Assembly: GCA_964452145.1 (NCBI GenBank)
Contig: CAYVLA010000117.1
Location: forward strand, 1 to 10,486
DNA: 10,486 bases
Direction of reading: 5' to 3'
Source of the DNA: Candidatus Hadarchaeota archaeon
Lineage (GTDB): Archaea; CAYQAE01; CAYVLA01
This document shows positions 1-7,214 of the stretch, piece by piece. The notes under the pieces are model-generated. The model was not told where the DNA came from. It did not search any database and saw only the letters and a program-made list of their open reading frames with translations. A program made the position numbers and the translations under genes. Within the stretch, counting starts at the first letter, position 1; each line of letters starts with the position of its first letter.

Positions 1-1140
1 GTCCATATCCATCGGGGAAAGGGCTGCTTCGTGGCCCGGATATCGGATACGGGCCACGAAGCAGCCCTTTCCCCGATGGATATGGACGATGCCGGGGCCG
101 TGGAGATCGCTGACCGGACCTTCTTGGTGGCGAAGATGGAGGGGATGCATTCTAGGTTGAGCGACTTCCCCTTCTTGGCCGGTTTCCATGTCGCCAGGGC
201 TGCCCTCCGGGACCTGTACGTAAAGGGTGCGCCGCCTTGCGGCATGCTGATCGACGTTCACCTGGCCGATGATGCCGACGTAGGGAAGCTTTTTGACTTC
301 GTGGCCGGCGTGGCCTGCGTCTGCGAACTTGCTCGATGCCCCGTACTCGGGGGGAGCACCCTCAGAATAGGGGGCGACATGGTGATCGGCACCCGGATCA
401 CCGGAGGCGTGAGCGCATTCGGTCTGGCGAAACGTCTCTTCCCTCGACGGGAAGTCACGCCAGGGGATGCAATCCTCATGACGGAGGGGGCAGGGGGCGG
501 CACGATCTGTACAGCTGCCATATACTCCGGGCATCCAGGGATCGTGAAGGAAACCCTGAATCTCAAGTTCCTCGACGCCTGCCGAGCCATCTTGGAGGGA
601 CGTTGCCTAGACTCGATTCACTGCCTCGCGGATGTTACAAATGGAGGGATCAGGGCCGATCTCCACGAGATCGGAAGGGGGGCCGGATGCGGGGCGTGCG
701 TTCGCGAGGACGAGATAGTGCCCCTCGTCAACCCGATGGTGAAGGATCTTCTCGACGCAAACGGGATCGACTACCTCGGCGTATCGCTGGACTCCCTGCT
801 GATCTTCTGCGAGCCAACCTCCGCTTCGGCCGTGCGGTCCGAGCTGGCCGCGGCGGGGGTCCGGGCCGGAGTGGTAGGGGAGACCACCCGAGATCGGCGT
901 GTCCGCCTCATCAGGAGCGATGGAACCGTTGACCTCATGCCCCGCTTCAGGGAGAGCGCCTACACCCAGATCAAGAAGGTGGTCGATTCCAGATGCGACC
1001 ATGACGTCGAGGCGATGAAGAAGAGGCTGCGAGCCTCGGCAAGGCAGGCAACTGCCCGTAAGAACAGGGTGGCCAGGCTGATAGCGGGAAGGGAGCCTAC
1101 CACTGGCAGTGGATCTCGGCGCCGTCAAGGATCGTCCTAG
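1..1140 (+). CDS. AIR synthase-related protein (PurM/HypE-like ATP-binding fold, archaeal type); probably 5'-partial
   Basis: Frame 1 is open from base 1 to TAG at 1138-1140. Motifs DDAG, EGMHSRLSDFPFLAGFHVARAALRD, DVHLADDADVGKLFDF, GGSTLRIGGDMV, DVTNGGIRAD and DYLGVSLDSLLIF match my recollection of an archaeal AIR-synthase-related family. The GTG at 31 is probably not the true start. Confidence 0.85.
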   Translation, partial: VHIHRGKGCFVARISDTGHEAALSPMDMDDAGAVEIADRTFLVAKMEGMHSRLSDFPFLAGFHVARAALRDLYVKGAPPCGMLIDVHLADDADVGKLFDFVAGVACVCELARCPVLGGSTLRIGGDMVIGTRITGGVSAFGLAKRLFPRREVTPGDAILMTEGAGGGTICTAAIYSGHPGIVKETLNLKFLDACRAILEGRCLDSIHCLADVTNGGIRADLHEIGRGAGCGACVREDEIVPLVNPMVKDLLDANGIDYLGVSLDSLLIFCEPTSASAVRSELAAAGVRAGVVGETTRDRRVRLIRSDGTVDLMPRFRESAYTQIKKVVDSRCDHDVEAMKKRLRASARQATARKNRVARLIAGREPTTGSGSRRRQGSS

Positions 1141-1780
1141 GGTTCTCCTTTATTGCCTTGATGGCGTCCTGTCGCTCCATTCCAGCAGCGAGGGCGATCT
1201 CCAGCGCTCTTTCCTGCCCGATGAAGTCTGAAGGGCCGTGAAAGTCGGTGTTGACCAGGACCCTGAGCCCGGCCGTTCTGCAGACACCGGCAACATGGCG
1301 GTTGCTCCTGTCGTGGCCCGGCCTGGCGGTGATCTCGGCGAACTTGCCGCTATCTGCGGCGATCAGCGCGTCCTCAAGGGCGATCATGCCCGGATGGGCG
1401 ATCAAGTCCACGTACCTGGAACGAACGGCGGCGGCGTTCGTGCCCGGCAGGACCGGCTCCGCCAGGGTCTCGCCATGTACCACAACGAAGTTGGCTCCCA
1501 GATACTTGGCTTCGCGGGCGAGCTTATCGATAGTCTGGGGAGGCACATGGGTCAGCTCGACCCCGGCCAGGACCGTGATCCGGCGGTGGGAGTTTATGTC
1601 CCGGGCTGCTTCAACCAAACCCCGGACGGTCCATCCGAGGTTCGTCCTATCGGCGTGATCGGTGATCGCTATGGCTTGGTGGCTCAGCGACTCGGCCCTG
1701 CGGGCCAACTCCGAGGCTATCAGTTCCCCGTCGCTGAGGATGGTGTGCATGTGGAAATCGCATCTTCGTCCCAGCTCCAA
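1097..1780 (-). CDS. PHP-domain phosphoesterase (archaeal histidinol-phosphatase-like family)
   Basis: PHP metal-ligand motifs DFHMHT-SDG, AITDHAD, GVELTHVPP, VVHGET, AHPG, EITARPGH and NTDFH. TTG start preceded by GGGAGG. Confidence 0.9.
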   Translation of the reverse strand: MELGRRCDFHMHTILSDGELIASELARRAESLSHQAIAITDHADRTNLGWTVRGLVEAARDINSHRRITVLAGVELTHVPPQTIDKLAREAKYLGANFVVVHGETLAEPVLPGTNAAAVRSRYVDLIAHPGMIALEDALIAADSGKFAEITARPGHDRSNRHVAGVCRTAGLRVLVNTDFHGPSDFIGQERALEIALAAGMERQDAIKAIKENPRTILDGAEIHCQW

Positions 1781-1816
1781 GCGGCGCCCTCCCGCCCAAG
1801 AGCCCGGATGGGGGAT

Positions 1817-2386
1817 TTAACTGCTTCCCGAGGTGTTCTCGGTGAAGAGAGCGGTCGGGAAGTACTCCGTTATCGTGATGAGGGGCTTCTCATCGCTGAT
1901 GATGTTGTACGCTCTCGAGAGGTAGGGGCCGGGGTGTTCGAGCAGGGAGCAAAGGCGAGCATTCCGCCCGAGGTACCGAACGTTGAGCATCTCTCTCCGG
2001 GTCTCCATCCTGTGTTTCTGAACTATTCTCCCGATGGGGATGTCCGCACGCATGAGATCATCCTTGAAGGAGGGCCTGAGCCTGGAGAGAGGGGCGTAGG
2101 ATCGGGCGTAAAGGAGAGGACGTCCATCGCATCTATCGACGATCAGGATATCCCTCTCGTTTGCCGGTTCGCCGGTTTGGATGCGCAACGCTCGGGCCGG
2201 CCTATAGGGACAAGGAACTACCGACTGCCTGATCGTCTTCAGCTGGACAGTGGTGCAGAGGATCAGCTCGAGAAGCTTGGTCATCGAACCGTCGTGGCCG
2301 AGGAGGGCCCTGTGTATCGGTCCCAGGGCGTGGGCGGTGCTCAGCCGTCGTATTCTGGCCATGATCGCTTCTTGGCTCGCCTTCAT
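1817..2386 (-). CDS. Chorismate pyruvate-lyase-like protein (DUF98/UbiC-like, 4-hydroxybenzoate forming), 189 aa
   Basis: Motifs LLGHDGSMTKLLEL, ANERDILI, LLYARSY, ADIPIGRI, SRAYNI and ITEYFP. ATG at 2386 overlaps the TGA of the upstream gene (ATGA). The N-terminal extension of the 326-aa ORF in the track is only overlap with the upstream gene. Confidence 0.82.
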   Translation of the reverse strand: MKASQEAIMARIRRLSTAHALGPIHRALLGHDGSMTKLLELILCTTVQLKTIRQSVVPCPYRPARALRIQTGEPANERDILIVDRCDGRPLLYARSYAPLSRLRPSFKDDLMRADIPIGRIVQKHRMETRREMLNVRYLGRNARLCSLLEHPGPYLSRAYNIISDEKPLITITEYFPTALFTENTSGSS

Positions 2387-3675
2387 CTCGTTTCCCTTCT
2401 GATGGCATCCAACACGAGCTTGTTGACGCCGCTTCCATATTGAATAGCGCATTTCGGGGCGTGGGCGAGTTCCTCGGGAAGTCCGAGCCTGGCTCCGACT
2501 TCCCTGAGGGCCACCTTTCTGATTCCGCCGGCGATCTTCGAGTCGATCGGCAGTCCGAGGGCGACGGAGATGATCTTCTCGCCAAGGTAGGGGTAGAAGG
2601 CTTCGACGCCCTGGGAGCGCGATGCCAGCGTGCAGGAGTCCAGTCCCCTGCTGTGGAGCCGTCTCAGATCCGCGTCCATCAACGCCTGAGGGCGGTCCTG
2701 GGCCAGATATTTGTGGTAGCCCCCGAGGAGCTCGTCGGCGCCCATGCCCAGAACCGCCCATCTGAGGCCGAGATCCGATGCTCGTTGCGCCGCCCACATC
2801 ACGGGCAGGGAGATCCCCAGATTCATCGGGTCCCGAGTCCCGATGACGCTGGACAGTCTTTCGACGGACTCCGGAATCGTACCCCGGGGTATGCAGACCT
2901 TCTCCAGATCCGCTCCAAGAGCGCGAGCGGCAACCTCGGCCCTCCTAAGATCCTTGCATCCCTCGATACCCGATGAGATGAGCACGGTCTCGCCGTATCC
3001 GATGCAGATCCTTGCCAACACGAGGCTGTCGATGCCCCCGGAGAAGAACACCGCTCTGGGAACGGGTATCTGCTCGATGCCCCAGGAAAGGGCGGCCACG
3101 ATCGCCTCGGCGGCCGGCTGTCCTCCCGGCGCTACGGGCTGGAAGTCGGCGGGCAGATCGAAGTGCTCTCCCCGGTCAAAGCGGATGCCCTGCCCGGTCG
3201 GAACGGGCCTGGGTTGAACATGTGCGGCCTTTCGGAGCGCCTCCGGATCGGTGCAGCATGCGATGATGTCATTCCGGCCAAGGAAGAGGGGTCTCGTCCC
3301 CAAGGCGTCACGGGCAAGTACGAGGTCGCCGGCACGAAAGGAAACAAGGGCACCGAACAGATGGGCGTGTTCAGGGGCCTTATGAGAATCTCCGAGGAGG
3401 AAATCCTTCAGGTCGCTGGGCAACGGGACCCCGGGCATGAAATCATCTCTGAGCAGGCAACCCGGATCCGGGTCTCCACCTACCTGTGCGACGGCACAGC
3501 GGACCAAGGTGTCGGGGATCCTAAGTCGGGAGGCGGGCCCTGATGCAGGCGCCCCGTCAAGGAATGCCGTCGCAGTCAGATCGGCTCGATGCGCGGCCAG
3601 CCTCACCATCTTCGACAGCGTCCCGCCTAGGGGACTGGGCCTCTGCGCTGATACAACGCACAGGGACGGCAACAC
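2383..3675 (-). CDS. Asparagine synthetase B-like ATP-dependent amide synthetase with a degenerate N-terminal glutaminase domain
   Basis: PP-loop FSGGIDS, GMGADELLGGY, RKVALR and KCAIQYGSG in the synthetase domain; ARDALGTRPLF in the Ntn-like domain. Start is uncertain (GTG 3675, TTG 3672, or CTG 3663 directly before Cys). Confidence 0.85.
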   Translation of the reverse strand: MLPSLCVVSAQRPSPLGGTLSKMVRLAAHRADLTATAFLDGAPASGPASRLRIPDTLVRCAVAQVGGDPDPGCLLRDDFMPGVPLPSDLKDFLLGDSHKAPEHAHLFGALVSFRAGDLVLARDALGTRPLFLGRNDIIACCTDPEALRKAAHVQPRPVPTGQGIRFDRGEHFDLPADFQPVAPGGQPAAEAIVAALSWGIEQIPVPRAVFFSGGIDSLVLARICIGYGETVLISSGIEGCKDLRRAEVAARALGADLEKVCIPRGTIPESVERLSSVIGTRDPMNLGISLPVMWAAQRASDLGLRWAVLGMGADELLGGYHKYLAQDRPQALMDADLRRLHSRGLDSCTLASRSQGVEAFYPYLGEKIISVALGLPIDSKIAGGIRKVALREVGARLGLPEELAHAPKCAIQYGSGVNKLVLDAIRRETR

Positions 3676-3696
3676 GTCTTCTGCGTGTATTCTTGT

Positions 3697-3708
3697 TGAT
3701 AATTATCA
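3697..3708. promoter_or_regulatory. Perfect 12-bp palindrome TGATAATTATCA; likely TATA element of the leftward operon and/or an operator
   Basis: AT-rich palindrome in GC-rich context, 22-33 nt upstream of GTG 3675 on the minus strand, in the divergent intergenic region. Confidence 0.5.
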
Positions 3709-3769
3709 TCCCGCGGATCGCTCTCCGACATAGTCGGAACCCGATTCCGAAAACATATTTCTCGCAGAT

Positions 3770-3777
3770 GGGAGGTG
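3770..3777 (+). promoter_or_regulatory. Shine-Dalgarno GGGAGGTG for RaSEA
   Basis: Archaeal-type SD 8 nt upstream of the in-frame TTG at 3786. Confidence 0.6.
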
Positions 3778-3785
3778 CAACCTCG

Positions 3786-4859
3786 TTGACTTCAGGCCCA
3801 GGCAGCAGGCTCTACAAGTTGGAAACGACCACATCCCCGGAGGCATTGAGAACGAGGATTGCGGCTATCAGGAGCGCCTCCCTGCCGGTCGCTAGGATTC
3901 CGAGGCCCACACTCTGGGCGAGGCAGGACAGGATGTTCCGCGGAACCGGCGTGGTGCACTACCTCATCCTCGATGCCGGCGGCTGCAGATGGGCATTGGA
4001 GTCCGGTGGCTGTTCGATGTGCGGATACGTGAACGATACCTGCCGACGGCCCGTCAGCGACGCCGAGATGGCCTCACAGTTGGCGCGGTTCCTCAAGACG
4101 ATGCCCGGGTCAAAGGGGCCCTATGGGCTCAGGATCTTCACCTCGGGAAGCTCCCTGGATGATCGGGAGATCGGTCCGAAGGCTTGGGAGATGGTGTTTG
4201 AAGGTCTTCGCTCCCTATCGGGGCTGTCGGAGTTGACGGTGGAGTCAAGGCCCCAGCACGTCACCGAGGAGAAGGTGGCGTCGCTCGTGGAGAGCATCCC
4301 GGGGGTCGAGGTGGAGGTGGCAATGGGGCTGGAGACCTCCAGCGACTGGATTCGGGAGGCCTGTATCGGGAAGGGCTTCGCCTTCGAGGAGTTCGTCGGC
4401 GCATGCAGGGCGGCAAGGTCATGCGGAGCGAGGACCAAGGCCTACGTTCTCCTGAAACCTCCTTTCCTCAGCGAGTTCGACTCGGGTTGCGACTCGGTAC
4501 AGACGGTGCTGGATATCCGCGACCTGGTCGACTCGGTCTCCCTCAACGCATGTAACGTCCAGAAGGGCACCCTCGTGGAGGAGCTTTTCCGAGCGGGAAT
4601 GTACAGGCCCCCCTGGATCTGGACGGTGCTGGAGGTCCTTCGAGAGGCAAGGAGATCCCTGGAGGCGAGCAAGAATGTGATCTGCGACCAGGTGGCCTTC
4701 GGCACGAGGAGGGGGCCGCACAACTGTAAGAGATGCGATCGTGCCGCCACCGGGATGGTCTCAAGGTTCTCTCTCAGCCAAGATCCGTGCCATCTGGAAG
4801 GCCTTGAATGCGCCTGCAGGGGGGACTGGGAAGAAATCTATAACTACCACTTCCGGTAA
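3786..4859 (+). CDS. raSEA: Archaeosine biosynthesis radical SAM protein RaSEA (TIGR01210-like), about 357 aa
   Basis: GCRWALESGGCSMCGY (Cx8Cx2C), IFTSGS.LD, VESRP, EVAMGLET, KAYVLLKPPFLSE, NVQKGT.VE.L, YRPPWIW and C-terminal RGPHNCKRCD...CAC. TTG 3786 chosen from the SD; ATG 3768 is an alternative. Confidence 0.88.
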   Translation: MTSGPGSRLYKLETTTSPEALRTRIAAIRSASLPVARIPRPTLWARQDRMFRGTGVVHYLILDAGGCRWALESGGCSMCGYVNDTCRRPVSDAEMASQLARFLKTMPGSKGPYGLRIFTSGSSLDDREIGPKAWEMVFEGLRSLSGLSELTVESRPQHVTEEKVASLVESIPGVEVEVAMGLETSSDWIREACIGKGFAFEEFVGACRAARSCGARTKAYVLLKPPFLSEFDSGCDSVQTVLDIRDLVDSVSLNACNVQKGTLVEELFRAGMYRPPWIWTVLEVLREARRSLEASKNVICDQVAFGTRRGPHNCKRCDRAATGMVSRFSLSQDPCHLEGLECACRGDWEEIYNYHFR

Positions 4860-4884
4860 TATAGTCCACTATAGGGGTGGTGGT
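4860..4884 (+). promoter_or_regulatory. Inverted repeat TATAGT-CC-ACTATA (4860-4873) followed by SD-like GGGGTGGTGG upstream of phoU
   Basis: Seen directly in the 25-nt gap between the RaSEA stop and the proposed CTG start. Confidence 0.45.
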
Positions 4885-5931
4885 CTGGAGAAGAGACGGG
4901 TCCAGCTCATCGGCGGATCCACTTACATAGTCTCTCTGCCGAAGAAGTGGGTCAAAAGGGTGGGGATAGCAAAGAGCGATGAGCTTGCCATGATCGGTCA
5001 GGCTGATGGCAGTCTGGTGATTGCTCCGGAAGGTCGTTCACTCCTTTCGCGAAAGGGTCATTCCCTGAAGGTATCCCCCGACGTTCTCCCCAGTTCGGTC
5101 GCACGGTCGGTCATCTCGGCCTACCTCAACGGTCTCGATACCATCGAGATCCTGTCCGACGGGGGGCTGACTCCTGCCCAGGCCCTAGCGATAAAGGAGC
5201 TGGAGAAGAAGCTCGTGGGCCTCGAGATGATCGAGGAATCGGAGAAGGGGATTGTGCTGGACAGCGTGCTCAAGGTCGAGGACCTGGATGTGTGGAGGGG
5301 CATCGGGAGGATTCACGCCGTGGTTTCACTGATGCAGAAGGAGGCAATGGATGCCTTGGCGACAGGCGACACAGCTCTGGCCGAGAACGTCTCTAGGAGG
5401 GACGAGGACGTCGACAGGCTGTACTTTCTGGGTTTGAGGCAGCTCAGGCAGGCGGCCTCCGACCCTGCTGTTGCGGGAGCCTTGGGCCTAACACCCATAC
5501 AGTGCCTTGATCTCCAATCGGTGATCAAAAGGCTGGAGCACATGGCCGATCACGCCGAGAACGTGGCCAGAAACGTCCGCGATCTCATAGGCAGCCGCCT
5601 GGCAAGCAACACCAGGGACACCTTGGCACGGATCAGCCGGATGGCCCAGGAAATACACGAAGGCGCGGGCAGGGCGCTGAGTCAAGGGGACATCGTGCTT
5701 GCCAACGACGTGATCAATGCCAGAGGCAGAATGAAGGAGATCTGCTCGGAGTTCAGAAGGGACCTGCCCTTGACCGAGGCTCGCGACATCGTGAAGGTTA
5801 GCGCCATCGTTGAGAGCCTCGAGAGGATCGGAGACTATGGGACGGACATCGCCGAGGTCGCGATAAATAGATCGGTCGTAGGGTTGGATGCCGTCCCAGC
5901 TGCGGCGGACCGTACGCCGCCAGCCGGCTAG
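4885..5931 (+). CDS. phoU: Archaeal PhoU-family phosphate uptake regulator with N-terminal AbrB/SpoVT-like domain, about 348 aa
   Basis: N-terminal EKRRVQLIGGSTYIVSLPKKWV, ISAYLNG, and PhoU repeats RDEDVDRLYF, LEHMADHAENVA and SLERIGDYGTDIAE. Start placed at CTG 4885 from the family N-terminus and the SD. Confidence 0.9.
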   Translation: MEKRRVQLIGGSTYIVSLPKKWVKRVGIAKSDELAMIGQADGSLVIAPEGRSLLSRKGHSLKVSPDVLPSSVARSVISAYLNGLDTIEILSDGGLTPAQALAIKELEKKLVGLEMIEESEKGIVLDSVLKVEDLDVWRGIGRIHAVVSLMQKEAMDALATGDTALAENVSRRDEDVDRLYFLGLRQLRQAASDPAVAGALGLTPIQCLDLQSVIKRLEHMADHAENVARNVRDLIGSRLASNTRDTLARISRMAQEIHEGAGRALSQGDIVLANDVINARGRMKEICSEFRRDLPLTEARDIVKVSAIVESLERIGDYGTDIAEVAINRSVVGLDAVPAAADRTPPAG

Positions 5932-5963
5932 GTGCACATGCCCGGGGCAGGCCACTCGAGCGC

Positions 5964-6623
5964 CTATTCTATGAGCGTCCCCAAAGCTTCCCCGCGGAGG
6001 GCTCTCGCCAGGTTCTCGGGGTCTCTGCCCGCCACGACGCGCGTCGGGATCCCGGCCCGCTTGAGCACTTGGAGGGCGGTTCGGTCCAGGATGCCGTAGG
6101 AACCGGGCCTTCCCTCGATGCTCATCCTCAGGGCAGCGTCGTAGCCCATGCGCGGTATCAGCTCGGCGTCGCTGTGCAGGTCGGGGTCTGCGGTGTAGAT
6201 CCCGTCCACATCCGTCATCTTCACGAAGAGATCGGCCCCTATGGCCTCGGCCAGAATGGCCGTATTGGCGTCCGTGCTTCTCTTGGGGCGTATGCCGCCC
6301 ACGATCAGCAGCCGGCTTCTCGTCCGTCGTGAGACGGAATGCATGGTTCTCTCGTCAAGGATCGGTCGACCGCCCAGCAGGAGGGCAACGAACCTTGTGT
6401 TGGCCTTGAGCAGCTCCAGCAATAGGGCCTCCGCCTCAGCCGGCCCGACATAGGGCTGGACGCATTGAAGGTAGTTCCTCGCCTGTTTCCCCCCGCCTAC
6501 TCCTAGGGCGAGTCTCTGCAGATCGAGGCCCTTGATGACGTCCCTCAGTCGGAGTAGGTAGTCCGCATTAGGGCCCGCCTCGCCGACCGCCACGGAGCCT
6601 CCCACCTTCACCGCCGCTCTCAA
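5964..6623 (-). CDS. pyrH: Uridylate (UMP) kinase, archaeal type
   Basis: VKVGGS, GVGGGKQARNY, GGIRPKRSTD and TDVDGIYTADP; 219 aa amino-acid-kinase fold; TTG start. Confidence 0.88.
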   Translation of the reverse strand: MRAAVKVGGSVAVGEAGPNADYLLRLRDVIKGLDLQRLALGVGGGKQARNYLQCVQPYVGPAEAEALLLELLKANTRFVALLLGGRPILDERTMHSVSRRTRSRLLIVGGIRPKRSTDANTAILAEAIGADLFVKMTDVDGIYTADPDLHSDAELIPRMGYDAALRMSIEGRPGSYGILDRTALQVLKRAGIPTRVVAGRDPENLARALRGEALGTLIE

Positions 6624-6776
6624 ACCCGCTGCCTCTGGGCTTGTTCAGGAGGCGCCACAGAAATGTATATCGTGGGTTTGAATGCACAAAGTGGTGCTGG
6701 ATCGACGAGAAGATGCCAAAGTCAGCCGCGGAATCAGATAATATGCAACATGGACCGAAGAATATGGGACACAGGG

Positions 6777-6795
6777 CCGAAACATTATTATATTT
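6777..6795 (+). promoter_or_regulatory. BRE/TATA-like promoter CCGAAACATTATTATATTT for the first FUN14 gene (probably leaderless)
   Basis: AT box lies 23-33 nt upstream of ATG 6818, with purine-rich CGAAA directly before it and no clear SD. Confidence 0.65.
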
Positions 6796-6817
6796 GCGAT
6801 AAGTTATCTGCAGGGGC

Positions 6818-7126
6818 ATGTCGACCGATATCCTATCGTATCTCCCGACGCTTAGCGGGTGGGGTATAGTGGGTTTTGCGGTTGGCTTCGTGGCAAAGAA
6901 GATCCTGAAGTACCTGCTCATTGCGATCGGCATCTATCTCGCCAGCCTTCTCTACCTCCAGCAAAAGGGCTGGCTGACGATCCGGGGCGATGTTGACGGC
7001 TGGTTCCAGGGCCTGACCAGTCTCCTCAACGAGCGGACAGGGAGTCTCTGGGCGACAGCCGGCGTGTCCTTGCCGGTGATGGGCGCCTTCGCGGCGGGGG
7101 CATATCTGGGGTTCAGCAGAGGGTAG
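6818..7126 (+). CDS. FUN14-family small membrane protein (copy A)
   Basis: GxxxG-rich hydrophobic helices: GIVGFAVGFVAKKILK...GIYLASLLYLQQKGWLTI...GAFAAGAYLGF, the typical FUN14 pattern. Confidence 0.85.
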   Translation: MSTDILSYLPTLSGWGIVGFAVGFVAKKILKYLLIAIGIYLASLLYLQQKGWLTIRGDVDGWFQGLTSLLNERTGSLWATAGVSLPVMGAFAAGAYLGFSRG

Positions 7127-7214
7127 CTATCGCCACACAGGACTCCATTATCCGAGATATTTGCGTCCAAATCCGCATATTATGGCATCCAGAGCGCCAT
7201 CATTGTTACTTTTT

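Noticed and set aside
1238..2976. Long plus-strand ORFs 1238-2443 (401 aa) and 2440-2976
   Set aside because: Antisense shadows of well-supported minus-strand genes in GC-rich DNA, with no recognisable motifs.
2383..3675. AsnB-like gene as GAT-QueC (archaeosine synthesis), given its position next to RaSEA
   Set aside because: It has AsnB hallmarks (GADELLGGY, QYGSG) and lacks the C-terminal Cys zinc cluster of QueC.
3543..3785. N-terminal extension of the RaSEA ORF in the track
   Set aside because: It overlaps the divergent gene and promoter region and is not family-like; the SD supports a start at 3786.
4741..4884. GTG 4741 start for phoU
   Set aside because: It overlaps the RaSEA 3' end by 119 nt with non-homologous sequence.
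5932..5963. Short GC-rich inverted repeat (TGCCC-G-GGGCA) between the convergent phoU and pyrH genes as a terminator
   Set aside because: A 1-nt loop and no T-tract; too weak to call.
6568..6933. ORFs 6663-6869 (+) and 6568-6933 (-) across the pyrH-FUN14 intergenic region
   Set aside because: They overlap real genes and promoter elements and have no coding-like features.
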